From: Candidatus Limnocylindria bacterium
GTDB taxonomy: Bacteria > Chloroflexota > Limnocylindria > P2-11E
Direction of reading: 5' to 3'
Assembly: GCA_046262615.1 (NCBI GenBank)
Contig: JBHEML010000001.1
Location: 27,182-91,181, forward strand
Length of the DNA stretch: 64,000 nucleotides
The notes under the pieces are model-generated. The model worked only from the letters and a program-made list of their open reading frames with translations, did no database searches and was not told where the DNA came from. Of this stretch, positions 28,635-37,766 are shown piece after piece. Every line of letters starts with the position of its first letter. The first letter of the stretch is position 1. Both the position numbers and the translations under genes were made by a program.

Positions 28635-29285
28635 TTGCCGCTGCCGCACGGGACCGTGACCCTGCGGAGCGACGACGAGACGCTTCGCGCCGATCTGTAC
28701 GGCGACCTCCCGGCGCGCCGTGCGGCCGTGCTCTGTCACGGCCAGAACTGGGATGCGTCCGGCTGGCGCGACATCGCCCCGCGGCTGGTCGCGCGGGGCG
28801 TCCCCGCGCTCGCCGTGAACCTGCGCGGCTACGACGGCTCCACCGGCGCCACCGGCGAGTTCGCGCCTCCGGCGCCATGGTCGCCCGTGGCCGACCTGCG
28901 TGCGGCGAAGGAGCACCTGCGCGCGCACGGCGCCTCGGAGATCGCGCTCGTCGGCTGCTCGATGGGCGGCCACGCGGTGCTCGCGTCGAGCTTCGAGCGG
29001 GACGCCGAGTGCGTGGTGTCGGTGTCCGCGCCGGTGGTAGGCGTGTCCGACGAGCTGAGCGGCCGCGTTGCCGGACGCACGCTGTACCTCTGCGCCAGCG
29101 ACGACAGCAGCGGCGCCACTCCGCACGTCCTGCGCAGCTTCGCCGCGCTGCGCGTTCCGAAGACGCTGCTCATGTTCGGAGGCAGCGAGCACTCGCGCGG
29201 CATGTTCGCCGCCCCTTACGGCGAGGATGCGCTCGAAGCGCTGATCGACTTCGTCGCGAAGGGGATCGACATCGAGCCGGAATAG
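28635..29285 (+). CDS. Alpha/beta hydrolase (dienelactone-hydrolase-like)
   Basis: 216 aa, TTG start. Nucleophile elbow GCSMGG and a late His (GGSEHS). Confidence 0.7.
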   Translation: MPLPHGTVTLRSDDETLRADLYGDLPARRAAVLCHGQNWDASGWRDIAPRLVARGVPALAVNLRGYDGSTGATGEFAPPAPWSPVADLRAAKEHLRAHGASEIALVGCSMGGHAVLASSFERDAECVVSVSAPVVGVSDELSGRVAGRTLYLCASDDSSGATPHVLRSFAALRVPKTLLMFGGSEHSRGMFAAPYGEDALEALIDFVAKGIDIEPE

Positions 29286-29298
29286 AATTTGACCGCTC

Positions 29299-29370
29299 GG
29301 GCCACTAGCTCAACGGCAGAGCAGGGGCCTTTTAAGCCCTTGGTTCCGGGTTCGAATCCCGGGTGGCTCA
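29299..29370 (+). tRNA. tRNA-Lys (anticodon UUU)
   Basis: GGGCCAC/GTGGCTC acceptor stem, D arm TAGCTCAACGGCAGAGC, anticodon stem-loop GGGGC-CTTTTAA-GCCCT, T arm CCGGGTTCGAATCCCGG, discriminator A. CCA is not encoded. Confidence 0.9.
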
Positions 29371-29377
29371 CCGAAGG

Positions 29378-29658
29378 ATGGAACCGATGAAGGTCTTCGA
29401 CGGCGTGCGCACGCTGCTCGCGGTCCGCCATCGATGATGCTGGTGGCCTGGGGCTACCGCGTCGGCTCGAACTCGGTCGGCTTCGGCGGCCTCGAGGGCG
29501 TGAGGCCGCTGCTTCGGATACCCGAAGACATCGACGTCGTCGCGATCGTCCCGCTCGGCCACCCGGCCGTGGCGACACGGCGCGGGAAGAAGAACCGCAG
29601 GCCCCTGGCCGAGGTCGCGCACCTCGAGCGCTACGGAGCGCCTTTCCCTTCGGACTGA
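29378..29658 (+). pseudogene. Nitroreductase-family remnant with an internal deletion
   Basis: ATG 29378 encodes MEPMKVFDGVRTLLAVRHR*, a nitroreductase N-terminus. Two bases before that stop, track ORF 29434..29658 starts in another frame and encodes only a C-terminal nitroreductase piece (IPEDIDVVAIVPLGHPA...KKNRRPLAEVAHLERY). About 100 residues of the core are missing. Confidence 0.6.
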
Positions 29659-29733
29659 CCGGTGCGGTCCAGCTCCGGTCCCGATCCTCCCGACGGGCGA
29701 CCCAGGTCGCGCCCGGCGCCACGCGGCCGAGGG

Positions 29734-30894
29734 CTACAGGTGCGCGCGCACCGTGACCGCGCCGATGGCCAAGGTCGGTTCGAGCCCGAGGAACTCGCCG
29801 AGGCGTGCCGCTTCCGCCTCCAGCTCGCGCCGCTGATCGGGGCGCAGCGGAACGAACGGATCGACGCGGACCTCGAGACGCTTTCCCGCGGCGGCGTGCC
29901 GCTCCCAGACGCCTGCGACGGTCCCGTCGACGAGCACGACCGGGGCCTGTCCCGTGCCGCCCGCCGAACGCGCCGCGAACTCGCCTACGAGGGCGCTTCG
30001 AGGGTGAAAACCGCGGAGGTAGCAGTCGAAGTGCGGCAGGAGGCGCACGGAGCCGTTCAGTGCTGGGGCTCCCTCGCTCACGTCGGCGGCGAGGGCGAGA
30101 CATCGGTAGCCTTCGACATCGACGGTGACCAGCTCGCCGCCGAGCGCATTCGCCACGTCCCGCGCGATGCCAGGGTTGATCGCGAACCACTGCGCGAAGT
30201 CGCGGTACGTCGCGGGGCCGTACGTGCGGACAAAGCGGCGGAACACTTCGGCGAGCGCCACCGGGGTGTCGATCTCCCGCCAGCCGCGGAGCCACTGGTG
30301 CGGCAGCGCGTACGTGACCTGGGTTCCCTCGTTCGGCCCGAAGCACAGCAGCCCCGCGCGAGCCGCGTAGCCGAGGCCCACGCGCCACACCGGCCACGCG
30401 CCACCGAAGGCAGAGACCCTGCGTTCGCGGCCCCAGGATCCCGCGCGCCTGACCACCTCGTCCTCCAGCGCCCGAAGCGTGAGCCGGCGGCCATCGAGCG
30501 CCTGCGCGATCGCATCGACGACCATGTCGACCTTCCGCTGGTCCAGCCCCAGCGCGGCCAGCCGGTCTTCCTCGTTGCCACGTCGTCCGCTCGCCTTGTG
30601 CGAGGCGACCCAGAGCGGTAGCTCATCGGAGGACAGCAGGTGGACCGTGCCGCGGACGCCGTACGCCTTCACCAGCGTGCGCTCGGTCCACAGCGCCGCC
30701 GCCACGTCCTCTCGCTTGACCCACACGCGCGTCCCGATCGACACCTCCGCGGCCGACATCACCTGCGCGTGGATGCCGCATACGTCGCGAACGACATCGA
30801 CCAGGCGTCCTCGCGGAGCACGCTCGAGCAGCGCGTGCCGCTCAAGCCGGCGCGCGCGCACATCCGCCCATGTGAGCCGCGTCGCTTCCGTCAC
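29734..30894 (-). CDS. Winged-helix DNA glycosylase-like protein (AlkZ/YcaQ, DUF1006 family)
   Basis: 386 aa. WADVRARRLERHAL...CGIHAQV...LVKAYGVRGTVHL matches my memory of the YcaQ/AlkZ family N-terminus. Confidence 0.65.
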   Translation of the reverse strand: MTEATRLTWADVRARRLERHALLERAPRGRLVDVVRDVCGIHAQVMSAAEVSIGTRVWVKREDVAAALWTERTLVKAYGVRGTVHLLSSDELPLWVASHKASGRRGNEEDRLAALGLDQRKVDMVVDAIAQALDGRRLTLRALEDEVVRRAGSWGRERRVSAFGGAWPVWRVGLGYAARAGLLCFGPNEGTQVTYALPHQWLRGWREIDTPVALAEVFRRFVRTYGPATYRDFAQWFAINPGIARDVANALGGELVTVDVEGYRCLALAADVSEGAPALNGSVRLLPHFDCYLRGFHPRSALVGEFAARSAGGTGQAPVVLVDGTVAGVWERHAAAGKRLEVRVDPFVPLRPDQRRELEAEAARLGEFLGLEPTLAIGAVTVRAHL

Positions 30895-31136
30895 GACGGG
30901 CCATTCTCCCGCGGGGCCTCCACATGAGAGCCGCGCGCGGGGCCGGCGCGTCCGCTCGTGCCGTGCGTAATGAGTGCAGCAAGCGCTGTATCGTCAGATC
31001 GCTCGGGATCGCAGACAGTGGACTGCGCCTATGCTCGTCCCGCGGACGGCGCGCCCCTCGGGAGCGGTGGTCATCTTGACACCGGACGCGCGTTGCGCGA
31101 AAACACACGGCGACCCAAGCGAGGGATCTCGACCGT

Positions 31137-31160
31137 CTTTCCGGCGACGATCCCGGAAAG
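31137..31160 (+). promoter_or_regulatory. Perfect 8-bp inverted repeat (CTTTCCGG-N8-CCGGAAAG) covering the SD of the sugar-binding protein gene
   Basis: Arms at 31137-31144 and 31153-31160. The right arm plus the next G forms GGAAAGG, the only SD-like element upstream of ATG 31170. Confidence 0.4.
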
Positions 31161-31169
31161 GTGCGTTCG

Positions 31170-32438
31170 ATGCGTCTGCCTCACGTCACCATGTCGTTCG
31201 CGTTCGTGTGTGCCCTCATCCTGGGCGCGTGCGCGGGCACCCCCGCCGCCACCACGGCTTCTTCGCAGCCCGCGGCCAACGAACAGGACATCACAGGCGA
31301 CCTCCGCGCGGCGAACTGGGGAGGGAACCCGACAGAGAACTCCCTCGTCAAGAAGTACATCGACGACTTCATGAAGAAGTACCCGAAGATCAAGGTCACG
31401 CAGGAGCAGATCCCCGACCAGTTCGAGGACAAGATCAAGACCGAGATGACCGCCGGCAGCGAGCCGGACGCCATGTACGTGAGCACCAAGCTCATGAACT
31501 TCGCGGCGCCCGCGGGACGGCTGCTCGAGCTCGGTCCGTTGATGGCGAAGTGGGGCGTGTCGCGCGACGAGTTCGTGCCGAGCCTCGTCGCGCCGTGGGA
31601 GTACAAGGGCAAGCTCTACGGGCTTCCGAAGGACTTCGGCGACCTCGCGATCTTCTACAACAAGAAGATGTTCGCGGCGGCCGGCCTGCAGCCACCGAAG
31701 ACGTGGGACGACGTGAAGGCGGCCGCCAAGACGCTCACCAAGGGTGAGGTCAAGGGCATCAGCCTCCCAGACGACAGCGCCCGCTGGAACGCGTTCCTGT
31801 TCGCGTGGGGCGGGAAGGTCCTGAGCGACGACGGGACGAAGGCGGTCTTCAACGACAAGGCCGCGATCGATTCGGCCACCTTCTACTCGTCCTTCCAGAC
31901 GCAGGACAAGTCGTCCGACCTTCCGAAGAACCTGGGCGCGACGTGGCCTGGCGACGCGTTCGGCAAGGAGAAAGCCGCCATGGCGATCGAGGGCGGCTGG
32001 CTCATCCCCTACATGAAGGACACCTATCCGTCCGTCGAGTACGGGGCAGTCGCGCTGCCGCCGGGGCCGGCGAAGCAGGCATCGCTGCTCTTCACGAACG
32101 CGTGGGGCTGCGCCGCCAAGACGAAGAACGCTGACGCCTGCATGCTGTTCGTGAAGTACATGACCGGCAAAGACGTCCAGAAGCAGGTTCTCGAGAGCGG
32201 GTTCGCTCTACCTTCGCGCAAGGACCTCGCCAACGATCCGTTCTTCAGCAGCCACGCGAACGAGAAGACTCTGTTCGACAGCGCCACCTTCGCGGTCCCG
32301 TGGACGTTCGGGCCGCATGAGGCCAAGATCCAGGACGCCATGAACAATGCCCTCGGCGCGATCCTCCTCGGCAAGTCGTCGGTGAAGGATGCGCTCGACA
32401 AGGCGGTCCAGGAGGCGAACACCGCACTGACGCAATAG
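31170..32438 (+). CDS. ABC transporter extracellular sugar-binding lipoprotein (family 1 SBP)
   Basis: Track ORF starts at GTG 31161; ATG 31170 has better SD spacing. Signal peptide plus lipobox (FVCALILGACAG) and a typical carbohydrate SBP body. Confidence 0.85.
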   Translation: MRLPHVTMSFAFVCALILGACAGTPAATTASSQPAANEQDITGDLRAANWGGNPTENSLVKKYIDDFMKKYPKIKVTQEQIPDQFEDKIKTEMTAGSEPDAMYVSTKLMNFAAPAGRLLELGPLMAKWGVSRDEFVPSLVAPWEYKGKLYGLPKDFGDLAIFYNKKMFAAAGLQPPKTWDDVKAAAKTLTKGEVKGISLPDDSARWNAFLFAWGGKVLSDDGTKAVFNDKAAIDSATFYSSFQTQDKSSDLPKNLGATWPGDAFGKEKAAMAIEGGWLIPYMKDTYPSVEYGAVALPPGPAKQASLLFTNAWGCAAKTKNADACMLFVKYMTGKDVQKQVLESGFALPSRKDLANDPFFSSHANEKTLFDSATFAVPWTFGPHEAKIQDAMNNALGAILLGKSSVKDALDKAVQEANTALTQ

Positions 32439-32457
32439 CGCGAAGGGGGAGACGAAG

Positions 32458-33369
32458 ATGGCGGTCATCGCTCAGCGAGCCCCCGCGAGGCGAAGCGGGA
32501 TCCAGTCCTCGCAGATGCGGGCGGGCCTCATCTTCGTTTCCCCCTACCTCTTGTACTTCCTGATCTTCCAGGTGGGGGCGCTGGCGTTCGCCTTCTGGTT
32601 CAGCCTCCAGCGCTACGACCTGCTGGCCCTGGACAACCCGTTCGTGGGCCTGCGCAATTACGAGCGACTCCCACTCAACGAGGACTTCCGGAAGGCGCTG
32701 TCGAATACGGCTGCCTACGCGATCGTCGTCACGATCCTCCAAACGATCTTCGCCCTGATCATGGCGGTCCTGCTCGACGCCAAGATCAAGGGTCAGTCCT
32801 TCTTCCGTTCCGCCTGGTACACGCCGTCGATCGCCTCCACCGTGGTGATCTCGATGATCTTCCTCTGGATCTACCACCCCACGGGCCTGCTGAACTCGCT
32901 ACTCGGACTGGTGGGGATCCAGGGCGACAACTGGCTCCAAGACACCCGCACCGCGCTCCCCGCGATCATGGGCCTCAATATCTGGACGACCGCCCCGACG
33001 TTCATGGTGGTTTTCCTCGCCGGGTTGCAGGAGATCCCCAAGGAGATCTACGAGGCCGCTCAGGTCGACGGCGCGGGGGGCGTCCGCCGCTTCTTCTCGA
33101 TGACGATCCCGCTCCTGCGGCCGATCATCTTCCTGGTGGTCGCGCTCGGGATCATCGGCACGTTCCAGGTCTTCGACCAGGTCTCGATCATGACCCAGGG
33201 CGGTCCACTGAAGGCGACGCTGACCGTCGCCTACCTCATCTACCAGAACGTGTTCCGCGACGAGGGCCAGGTCGGAGTCGCGTGCGCGATGGCGTTCACG
33301 CTCGGGATCATGATCTATATCCTGACGATCCTTTCGCGTCGTTTTCTCGACGCGAAGATCGAGTACTGA
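32458..33369 (+). CDS. Carbohydrate ABC transporter permease (MalF/UgpA-like)
   Basis: 303 aa, 6 TM helices, EAA loop (YEAAQVDGAGGVRRFFSMTIPLL). Confidence 0.88.
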   Translation: MAVIAQRAPARRSGIQSSQMRAGLIFVSPYLLYFLIFQVGALAFAFWFSLQRYDLLALDNPFVGLRNYERLPLNEDFRKALSNTAAYAIVVTILQTIFALIMAVLLDAKIKGQSFFRSAWYTPSIASTVVISMIFLWIYHPTGLLNSLLGLVGIQGDNWLQDTRTALPAIMGLNIWTTAPTFMVVFLAGLQEIPKEIYEAAQVDGAGGVRRFFSMTIPLLRPIIFLVVALGIIGTFQVFDQVSIMTQGGPLKATLTVAYLIYQNVFRDEGQVGVACAMAFTLGIMIYILTILSRRFLDAKIEY

Positions 33370-33371
33370 GC

Positions 33372-34241
33372 GTGGCTACCGCAGCGATCGCCCGCCCGGC
33401 CGCGGCCGACACGACCGAACGCGTCGAGCGGACGCAGGCGGTCTTCCGCTACATCCTCTACATCGTCGTCACCCTCTTCCTCTTCGTGCCGTTCGTCATG
33501 ACGCTTCTGTCGTCGTTCAAGACCTCGGCCGAGGTGATCGCGTACCCGCCGACCATCTTGCCGAACGTCTGGCACCCCGAGAACTACGCGCAGGTCTTTT
33601 CTGCGAACACCGGCTTCCTGCGTCAGGTCATCAACGGCTTCGTCGTCACGCTGCTGCTCGTGGCGATGAACCTTTTCTTCTGCTCGCTGGTCGCCTACGC
33701 CTTCGCCCGCCTCAAGTTCCCTGGCCGTGACGTGCTGTTCGCGATCATGCTCGGAACGATGGTCATACCGGGATGGGTGACGATGGTCCCGAAGTACATC
33801 CTCATTCAGAACCTCGGCCTCATCAACACGTTCGGCGCGCTGCTCACGCAGTACTACGTGACTCCGTTCGGGATCTTCCTGATGGCGCAGTTCTTCAAGA
33901 GCATCCCCAAGGAGCTCGAGGAGGCGGCGCTGATGGACGGCCTCGGCTGGTTCGGCATCTTCCGGCGGATCATCCTGCCGCTCGCGCGGCCCGCGCTGCT
34001 CACGCTCGGGATCCTCGCGTTCAAGGATCACTGGAACAACTACTTCGATTGGCTCATTTACATGCAGACGCCCGACCAGTTCAACATCCAGCTGGGACTC
34101 GCGGCTTTCAGGGGCGTTTACCAGAACCAGTGGGATCTCATCATGGCGGGGTCGGTCATCGCCATCCTGCCGATCCTCATCGTCTACGCGTTCGGGCAGC
34201 GGTACTTCGTCCGGGGGATCGCGACCACCGGCGGCAAGTAG
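33372..34241 (+). CDS. Carbohydrate ABC transporter permease (MalG/UgpE-like)
   Basis: GTG at codon 31 of track ORF 33282..34241 gives 289 aa. EAA loop (EEAALMDGLGWFGIFRRIILPLARP). Confidence 0.85.
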   Translation: MATAAIARPAAADTTERVERTQAVFRYILYIVVTLFLFVPFVMTLLSSFKTSAEVIAYPPTILPNVWHPENYAQVFSANTGFLRQVINGFVVTLLLVAMNLFFCSLVAYAFARLKFPGRDVLFAIMLGTMVIPGWVTMVPKYILIQNLGLINTFGALLTQYYVTPFGIFLMAQFFKSIPKELEEAALMDGLGWFGIFRRIILPLARPALLTLGILAFKDHWNNYFDWLIYMQTPDQFNIQLGLAAFRGVYQNQWDLIMAGSVIAILPILIVYAFGQRYFVRGIATTGGK

Positions 34242-34253
34242 CCGGGGACGCGA

Positions 34254-34286
34254 AACACCCCGCCGGCCGGATGCCGACGGGGTGTT
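34254..34286. terminator. Putative bidirectional terminator hairpin between convergent genes
   Basis: 9-bp stem AACACCCCG (34254-34262) / CGGGGTGTT (34278-34286) with a 15-nt loop. It lies between the permease stop (34241) and the SRPBCC stop (34308). There is no clear U-tract. Confidence 0.35.
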
Positions 34287-34307
34287 CGTGAGGTCGCTGA
34301 CCGGCCG

Positions 34308-34793
34308 CTACCGCGCGCTGGTCTCCCGGTCGGATGCCACCTGGCCCTCTTCGATGCGCCCGCGCCACGCCCCCGTGGGCGTGCGGCGCTCCTCGATGAA
34401 CTTCTTGAACCGGTCGAGGTCGCCCTGCACCTGGCGATCGGCGACGCCGAGCTTGCTGCCGACACCCTCGAGGGCGTCGCGTGGCTCGAACTCCATCTTC
34501 AGCGTGACGCGCGTTCCCTGGGCGTCGGGAGCGAACACGACGCGGCCGGACTGCTTGACTCCGACCTTGCTCTGCCAGGCGATGACCTGGTCCGGGATCT
34601 GTTCGACGATCTCGGCGTCGAACTCCGCCTTCTTCCCGCCGACGTCCGTGACCCAGTGCAGGCGCTTGTCGCCCTGCTGGCGGACCTCCTTCACTCCATC
34701 CATGAACTGCGGGAAGTCCTCGAACTGGGTCCACTGGTCGTACACGGCACCGAGCGGAACGTCCACCGTGACGTGCTTTTCGATGGTCTCCAT
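34308..34793 (-). CDS. SRPBCC (START/polyketide cyclase-like) family protein
   Basis: 161 aa. METIEKHVTVDVPLGAVYDQWTQFEDFPQFM is a typical SRPBCC N-terminus. GGAGA SD 9-10 nt upstream. Confidence 0.7.
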   Translation of the reverse strand: METIEKHVTVDVPLGAVYDQWTQFEDFPQFMDGVKEVRQQGDKRLHWVTDVGGKKAEFDAEIVEQIPDQVIAWQSKVGVKQSGRVVFAPDAQGTRVTLKMEFEPRDALEGVGSKLGVADRQVQGDLDRFKKFIEERRTPTGAWRGRIEEGQVASDRETSAR

Positions 34794-34873
34794 AAGTGCT
34801 TTTCTCCTATCGCGTTCTTCGCTCTAGCGGGGTGCACGCGGGGTGCCATGCTGAGCTGTCGCCGCGTGCCGGC

Positions 34874-34893
34874 GGGCACATCCGGGCACATCC
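34874..34893. repeat. Tandem 10-bp direct repeat GGGCACATCC x2 (plus partial GGGC)
   Basis: Read directly in the divergent SRPBCC/M20 intergenic region: gcGGGCACATCCGGGCACATCCGGGCgcc. Confidence 0.6.
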
Positions 34894-34928
34894 GGGCGCC
34901 GGCCGCGCGCCTGGGGTAGCGTGCGTGC

Positions 34929-36272
34929 GTGGACCCCTCTGTCGCCGCGCGGCTGCGGGAGCGCGTGCGCTCACTGATGCCGGATGTCGAGCGGGACCTC
35001 GAGCGGTTGATCCGCATCCCATCCATCAGCCATGCGGGCTATGACCCGGCCGAGGTCCGGCACTCCGCGGAGGCGACCGCCGAGTTGTTCGTCGCCGCGG
35101 GCGCGCAGACCGAGCTGCTGGAGGTGCAGGGCGCGCCGCCTGCGGTGCGCGCGCACGTGGCGGGACCGCCCGGCGCGCCCACCGTCCTGCTGTACGCGCA
35201 CCACGACGTGCAGCCGACAGGACCGCTTTCGCTCTGGCACACGGAACCGTTCACGCCCGAGCGGCGCGACGGAAGGCTCTTCGGCCGCGGATCGTCGGAC
35301 GACAAGTGCGGCGTCGTCACGCACGCGGCGGTGATCCGCGCGTGGGAGGGGCGGCCCCCGGTCGGGATCACGGTCTTCGTCGAGGGCGAGGAGGAGGCGG
35401 GATCGCCGCACCTCGCCGCGTTCCTGGAGCGCCACGGCGACCGGCTTCGGGCCGACGCCGTCATCCTCGCCGACTCCGGGAACTGGCGCGTCGGCGAGCC
35501 AGCGCTGACGACGTCGCTACGCGGCGTCGTGGCCTGCGTCGTCGAAGTGCGCACGCTCGACCATGCCGTCCACAGCGGCGAATACGGCGGCCCGGTGCCG
35601 GACGCGCTCATGGTCCTCGCGCGGACGCTCGCGGCACTGCACGATGCCCGGGGCAACGTTGCAGTGGCGGGCCTTGCGACCGGCTCCGCCGACGCCCTCG
35701 ACCTCACGGAGGACGAGCTGCGCGGCTGGGTGGGCATGCGTCCGGGGGTGGAGCTCACCGGCGACGGCGGTCTCACTGAACGCCTCTGGACCAAACCCGC
35801 GATATCGATCCTCGGGATCGACGCGCCGAGCGTGCGTGAGTCGCCGAACCAGCTGGTGCCCTCTGCGCGCGCGAAGGTGAGCATGCGGATCCCGCCCGGC
35901 CAGGACGCGGCCGCGGCGCGGGAGGCGCTTCACGCGCATGTGCGCTCGAGCGTCCCGTGGGGTGCGGAGGTGCGCATCGAGGATCTGGGCGCGGGCGAGC
36001 CTTTCCGCGTTCGCGCCGAGGGTCCTGCGTTCGACGCGATGCGCCACGCCTTCGCCGAGGCGTGGGGCACGCCTTCGCGCGACATCGGCATCGGCGGATC
36101 GATCCCGTTCGTCTTTGCCTTCGCGAAGGCGTTCCCGGATGCGGCTCTTCTGCTCACCGGAGCGGGGGACCCGAGCTCGAACGCGCATTCGGAAGATGAG
36201 AGCGTGGACCTCGCCGAGCTCGAGCGCGCCTGCCTTGCGGAGGCGCTGTTCCTGGGGTACCTCGCCGCTTAG
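34929..36272 (+). CDS. M20 family metallopeptidase (dipeptidase/desuccinylase-like)
   Basis: 447 aa, GTG start preceded by TAGCGT plus 6 nt. Motifs LLYAHHDVQP and GRGSSDDKCG, and EGEEEAGS metal ligands. Confidence 0.85.
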   Translation: MDPSVAARLRERVRSLMPDVERDLERLIRIPSISHAGYDPAEVRHSAEATAELFVAAGAQTELLEVQGAPPAVRAHVAGPPGAPTVLLYAHHDVQPTGPLSLWHTEPFTPERRDGRLFGRGSSDDKCGVVTHAAVIRAWEGRPPVGITVFVEGEEEAGSPHLAAFLERHGDRLRADAVILADSGNWRVGEPALTTSLRGVVACVVEVRTLDHAVHSGEYGGPVPDALMVLARTLAALHDARGNVAVAGLATGSADALDLTEDELRGWVGMRPGVELTGDGGLTERLWTKPAISILGIDAPSVRESPNQLVPSARAKVSMRIPPGQDAAAAREALHAHVRSSVPWGAEVRIEDLGAGEPFRVRAEGPAFDAMRHAFAEAWGTPSRDIGIGGSIPFVFAFAKAFPDAALLLTGAGDPSSNAHSEDESVDLAELERACLAEALFLGYLAA

Positions 36273-36413
36273 GGACCCAAGGAGTCTGGCCCGGGATCCC
36301 CGTCGGTGGGAGGCCGTGCGAGTGCGTCCTCCACCGCGTACGTCATGCCGCGTGCGTACATCCAAGGCAGACCGCTCGGGTTCCGAAGGAGGCCGGCGGC
36401 CCCCCGTCACCTC

Positions 36414-36848
36414 TCAGAGACCAGTGACGTCGGTCTCGTCCACCACCTCGAGCACGCCGGGCACGCGAGCCGCGACCTCGGCGGCGTTGTCGCTGTCGAC
36501 CATGTCGCTGACCTCGCCGCGCAGGTGCGCGACGCCGTCGATCACCTCGATCTCGATCGCGAGGTCGGTCGTGGCCGCGTCGCGGCGCAGCTCGCGGCGG
36601 ATCGCGTCCTCGAGCGCCGAGTCGGACGGCCCGTGGGTCTCCGACGGCGCGACCGCCGCCTCGTCCATGGACGTCGAGCCAAATCCACCAAGCACCTGCG
36701 CATCGCCGTGATCGTCCGTCGTCACGACGGGGTCGGTCGGCGGAAAGTAGGTCTCCGCATCCTCCGGTGCCGCGGCGGGATCCGTGTCGGTGGGCTCCAT
36801 GAACGGCTCCTCGGAGCGCGTGTCGCGGTCGCGAGGGTCGTCCATCAT
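36414..36848 (-). CDS. BON domain-containing protein
   Basis: 144 aa from the internal ATG of track ORF 36414..37115. An acidic disordered N-half is followed by a BON pattern (LEDAIRRELRRDAATTDLAIEIEVIDGVAHLRGEVSD...VPGVLEVVDE). Confidence 0.65.
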   Translation of the reverse strand: MMDDPRDRDTRSEEPFMEPTDTDPAAAPEDAETYFPPTDPVVTTDDHGDAQVLGGFGSTSMDEAAVAPSETHGPSDSALEDAIRRELRRDAATTDLAIEIEVIDGVAHLRGEVSDMVDSDNAAEVAARVPGVLEVVDETDVTGL

Positions 36849-36972
36849 CGCCGCGCGCCGTCGCAAGCCGCGTACCAGCGCGCGTGCATCGGTCCGGCGC
36901 CCACGGCAGGCTCTGGCCGCATGACCTGGCGGCCGATCGCCGCGGCCCCTGGGAACATCGGCCCGCCGCCGA

Positions 36973-37749
36973 TCAAGAGAGCTTTTCCCCGCGCTCCGCC
37001 GGCCCAGCCGGTGCGCCGGACGCCGCGGCGGGTCCGGTCCTGGGCAGCTCGATCCGCTCCCGCTCGCCGGGCGCACCAAAGACGTAGCGGTAGGAAAGGC
37101 CCGCGAGCCCGGCACCGATCAGGGGTCCGACCCAGTAGACGTACCAGCTGCTCGCGATGAACTGCGCCGCGACGGCCGGGCCGAACCAGCGGGCGGGGTT
37201 CATAGCGCCACCGGTGAGCGGGCCGCCGACCAGCATGTCCGCCGCGTACGCGAGCCCGACCCCGAACCCCGCGATGCGCGGCGCGCTGGGCGCCACCGCG
37301 GTCCCGAACACCGCCCAGAGCAGGAACACCGTGAGGATCGTTTCGACGAGGATCGCCGTACCCTGGCCGAGGGCGGCAGCCACCGTCGGCGTGCCAAGGT
37401 GCGTCGCGTCAGCAGCGGCCGGCGCGAAGTCGAACAAGAGCTTCAGCGAATGACCGGCGGCCAGCGCACCGACGAGCTGCGCCGCCCAGTACGTCGGCAG
37501 GCGCTCCCACCGGTGCTTTCCCGCGACAGCGAGGCCGAACGTGACGGCGGGGTTGAAGTGGCCGCCTGAGATCGCGCCGAAGGCCGACACCGCGACGGAG
37601 AGCGCGAGGCCATGCGCGAGCGCTACCGGAAAGAGGCCCGTCGAAGCGGACCCCGCGACGACCTGCGCCACGATCGCGCCCGCCCCGATGACGAGGAACA
37701 TGAAGGTACCGGCAGCTTCAGCGATCAGCGCACGCGCGTGCTCGGCCAC
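36973..37749 (-). CDS. Aquaporin / MIP family channel
   Basis: 258 aa, six TM helices, two NPA boxes (GGHFNPAVT and GGAMNPARW). Confidence 0.9.
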   Translation of the reverse strand: MAEHARALIAEAAGTFMFLVIGAGAIVAQVVAGSASTGLFPVALAHGLALSVAVSAFGAISGGHFNPAVTFGLAVAGKHRWERLPTYWAAQLVGALAAGHSLKLLFDFAPAAADATHLGTPTVAAALGQGTAILVETILTVFLLWAVFGTAVAPSAPRIAGFGVGLAYAADMLVGGPLTGGAMNPARWFGPAVAAQFIASSWYVYWVGPLIGAGLAGLSYRYVFGAPGERERIELPRTGPAAASGAPAGPAERGEKLS

Positions 37750-37766
37750 GCGTCCCCTCCAACAGC

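Noticed and set aside
29216-30397. A 393-aa minus-strand ORF spanning the tRNA-Lys gene and the nitroreductase remnant.
   Set aside because: It overlaps a well-folded tRNA and the YcaQ-like gene frame. The translation is Arg/Pro-rich with no domain, so it is a GC artefact.
29286-31160. A genomic island integrated at tRNA-Lys.
   Set aside because: I could find no integrase, no recombinase and no repeat of the tRNA 3' end downstream, and I noticed no compositional shift by eye. Only the deletion scar is reported, as a low-confidence hint.
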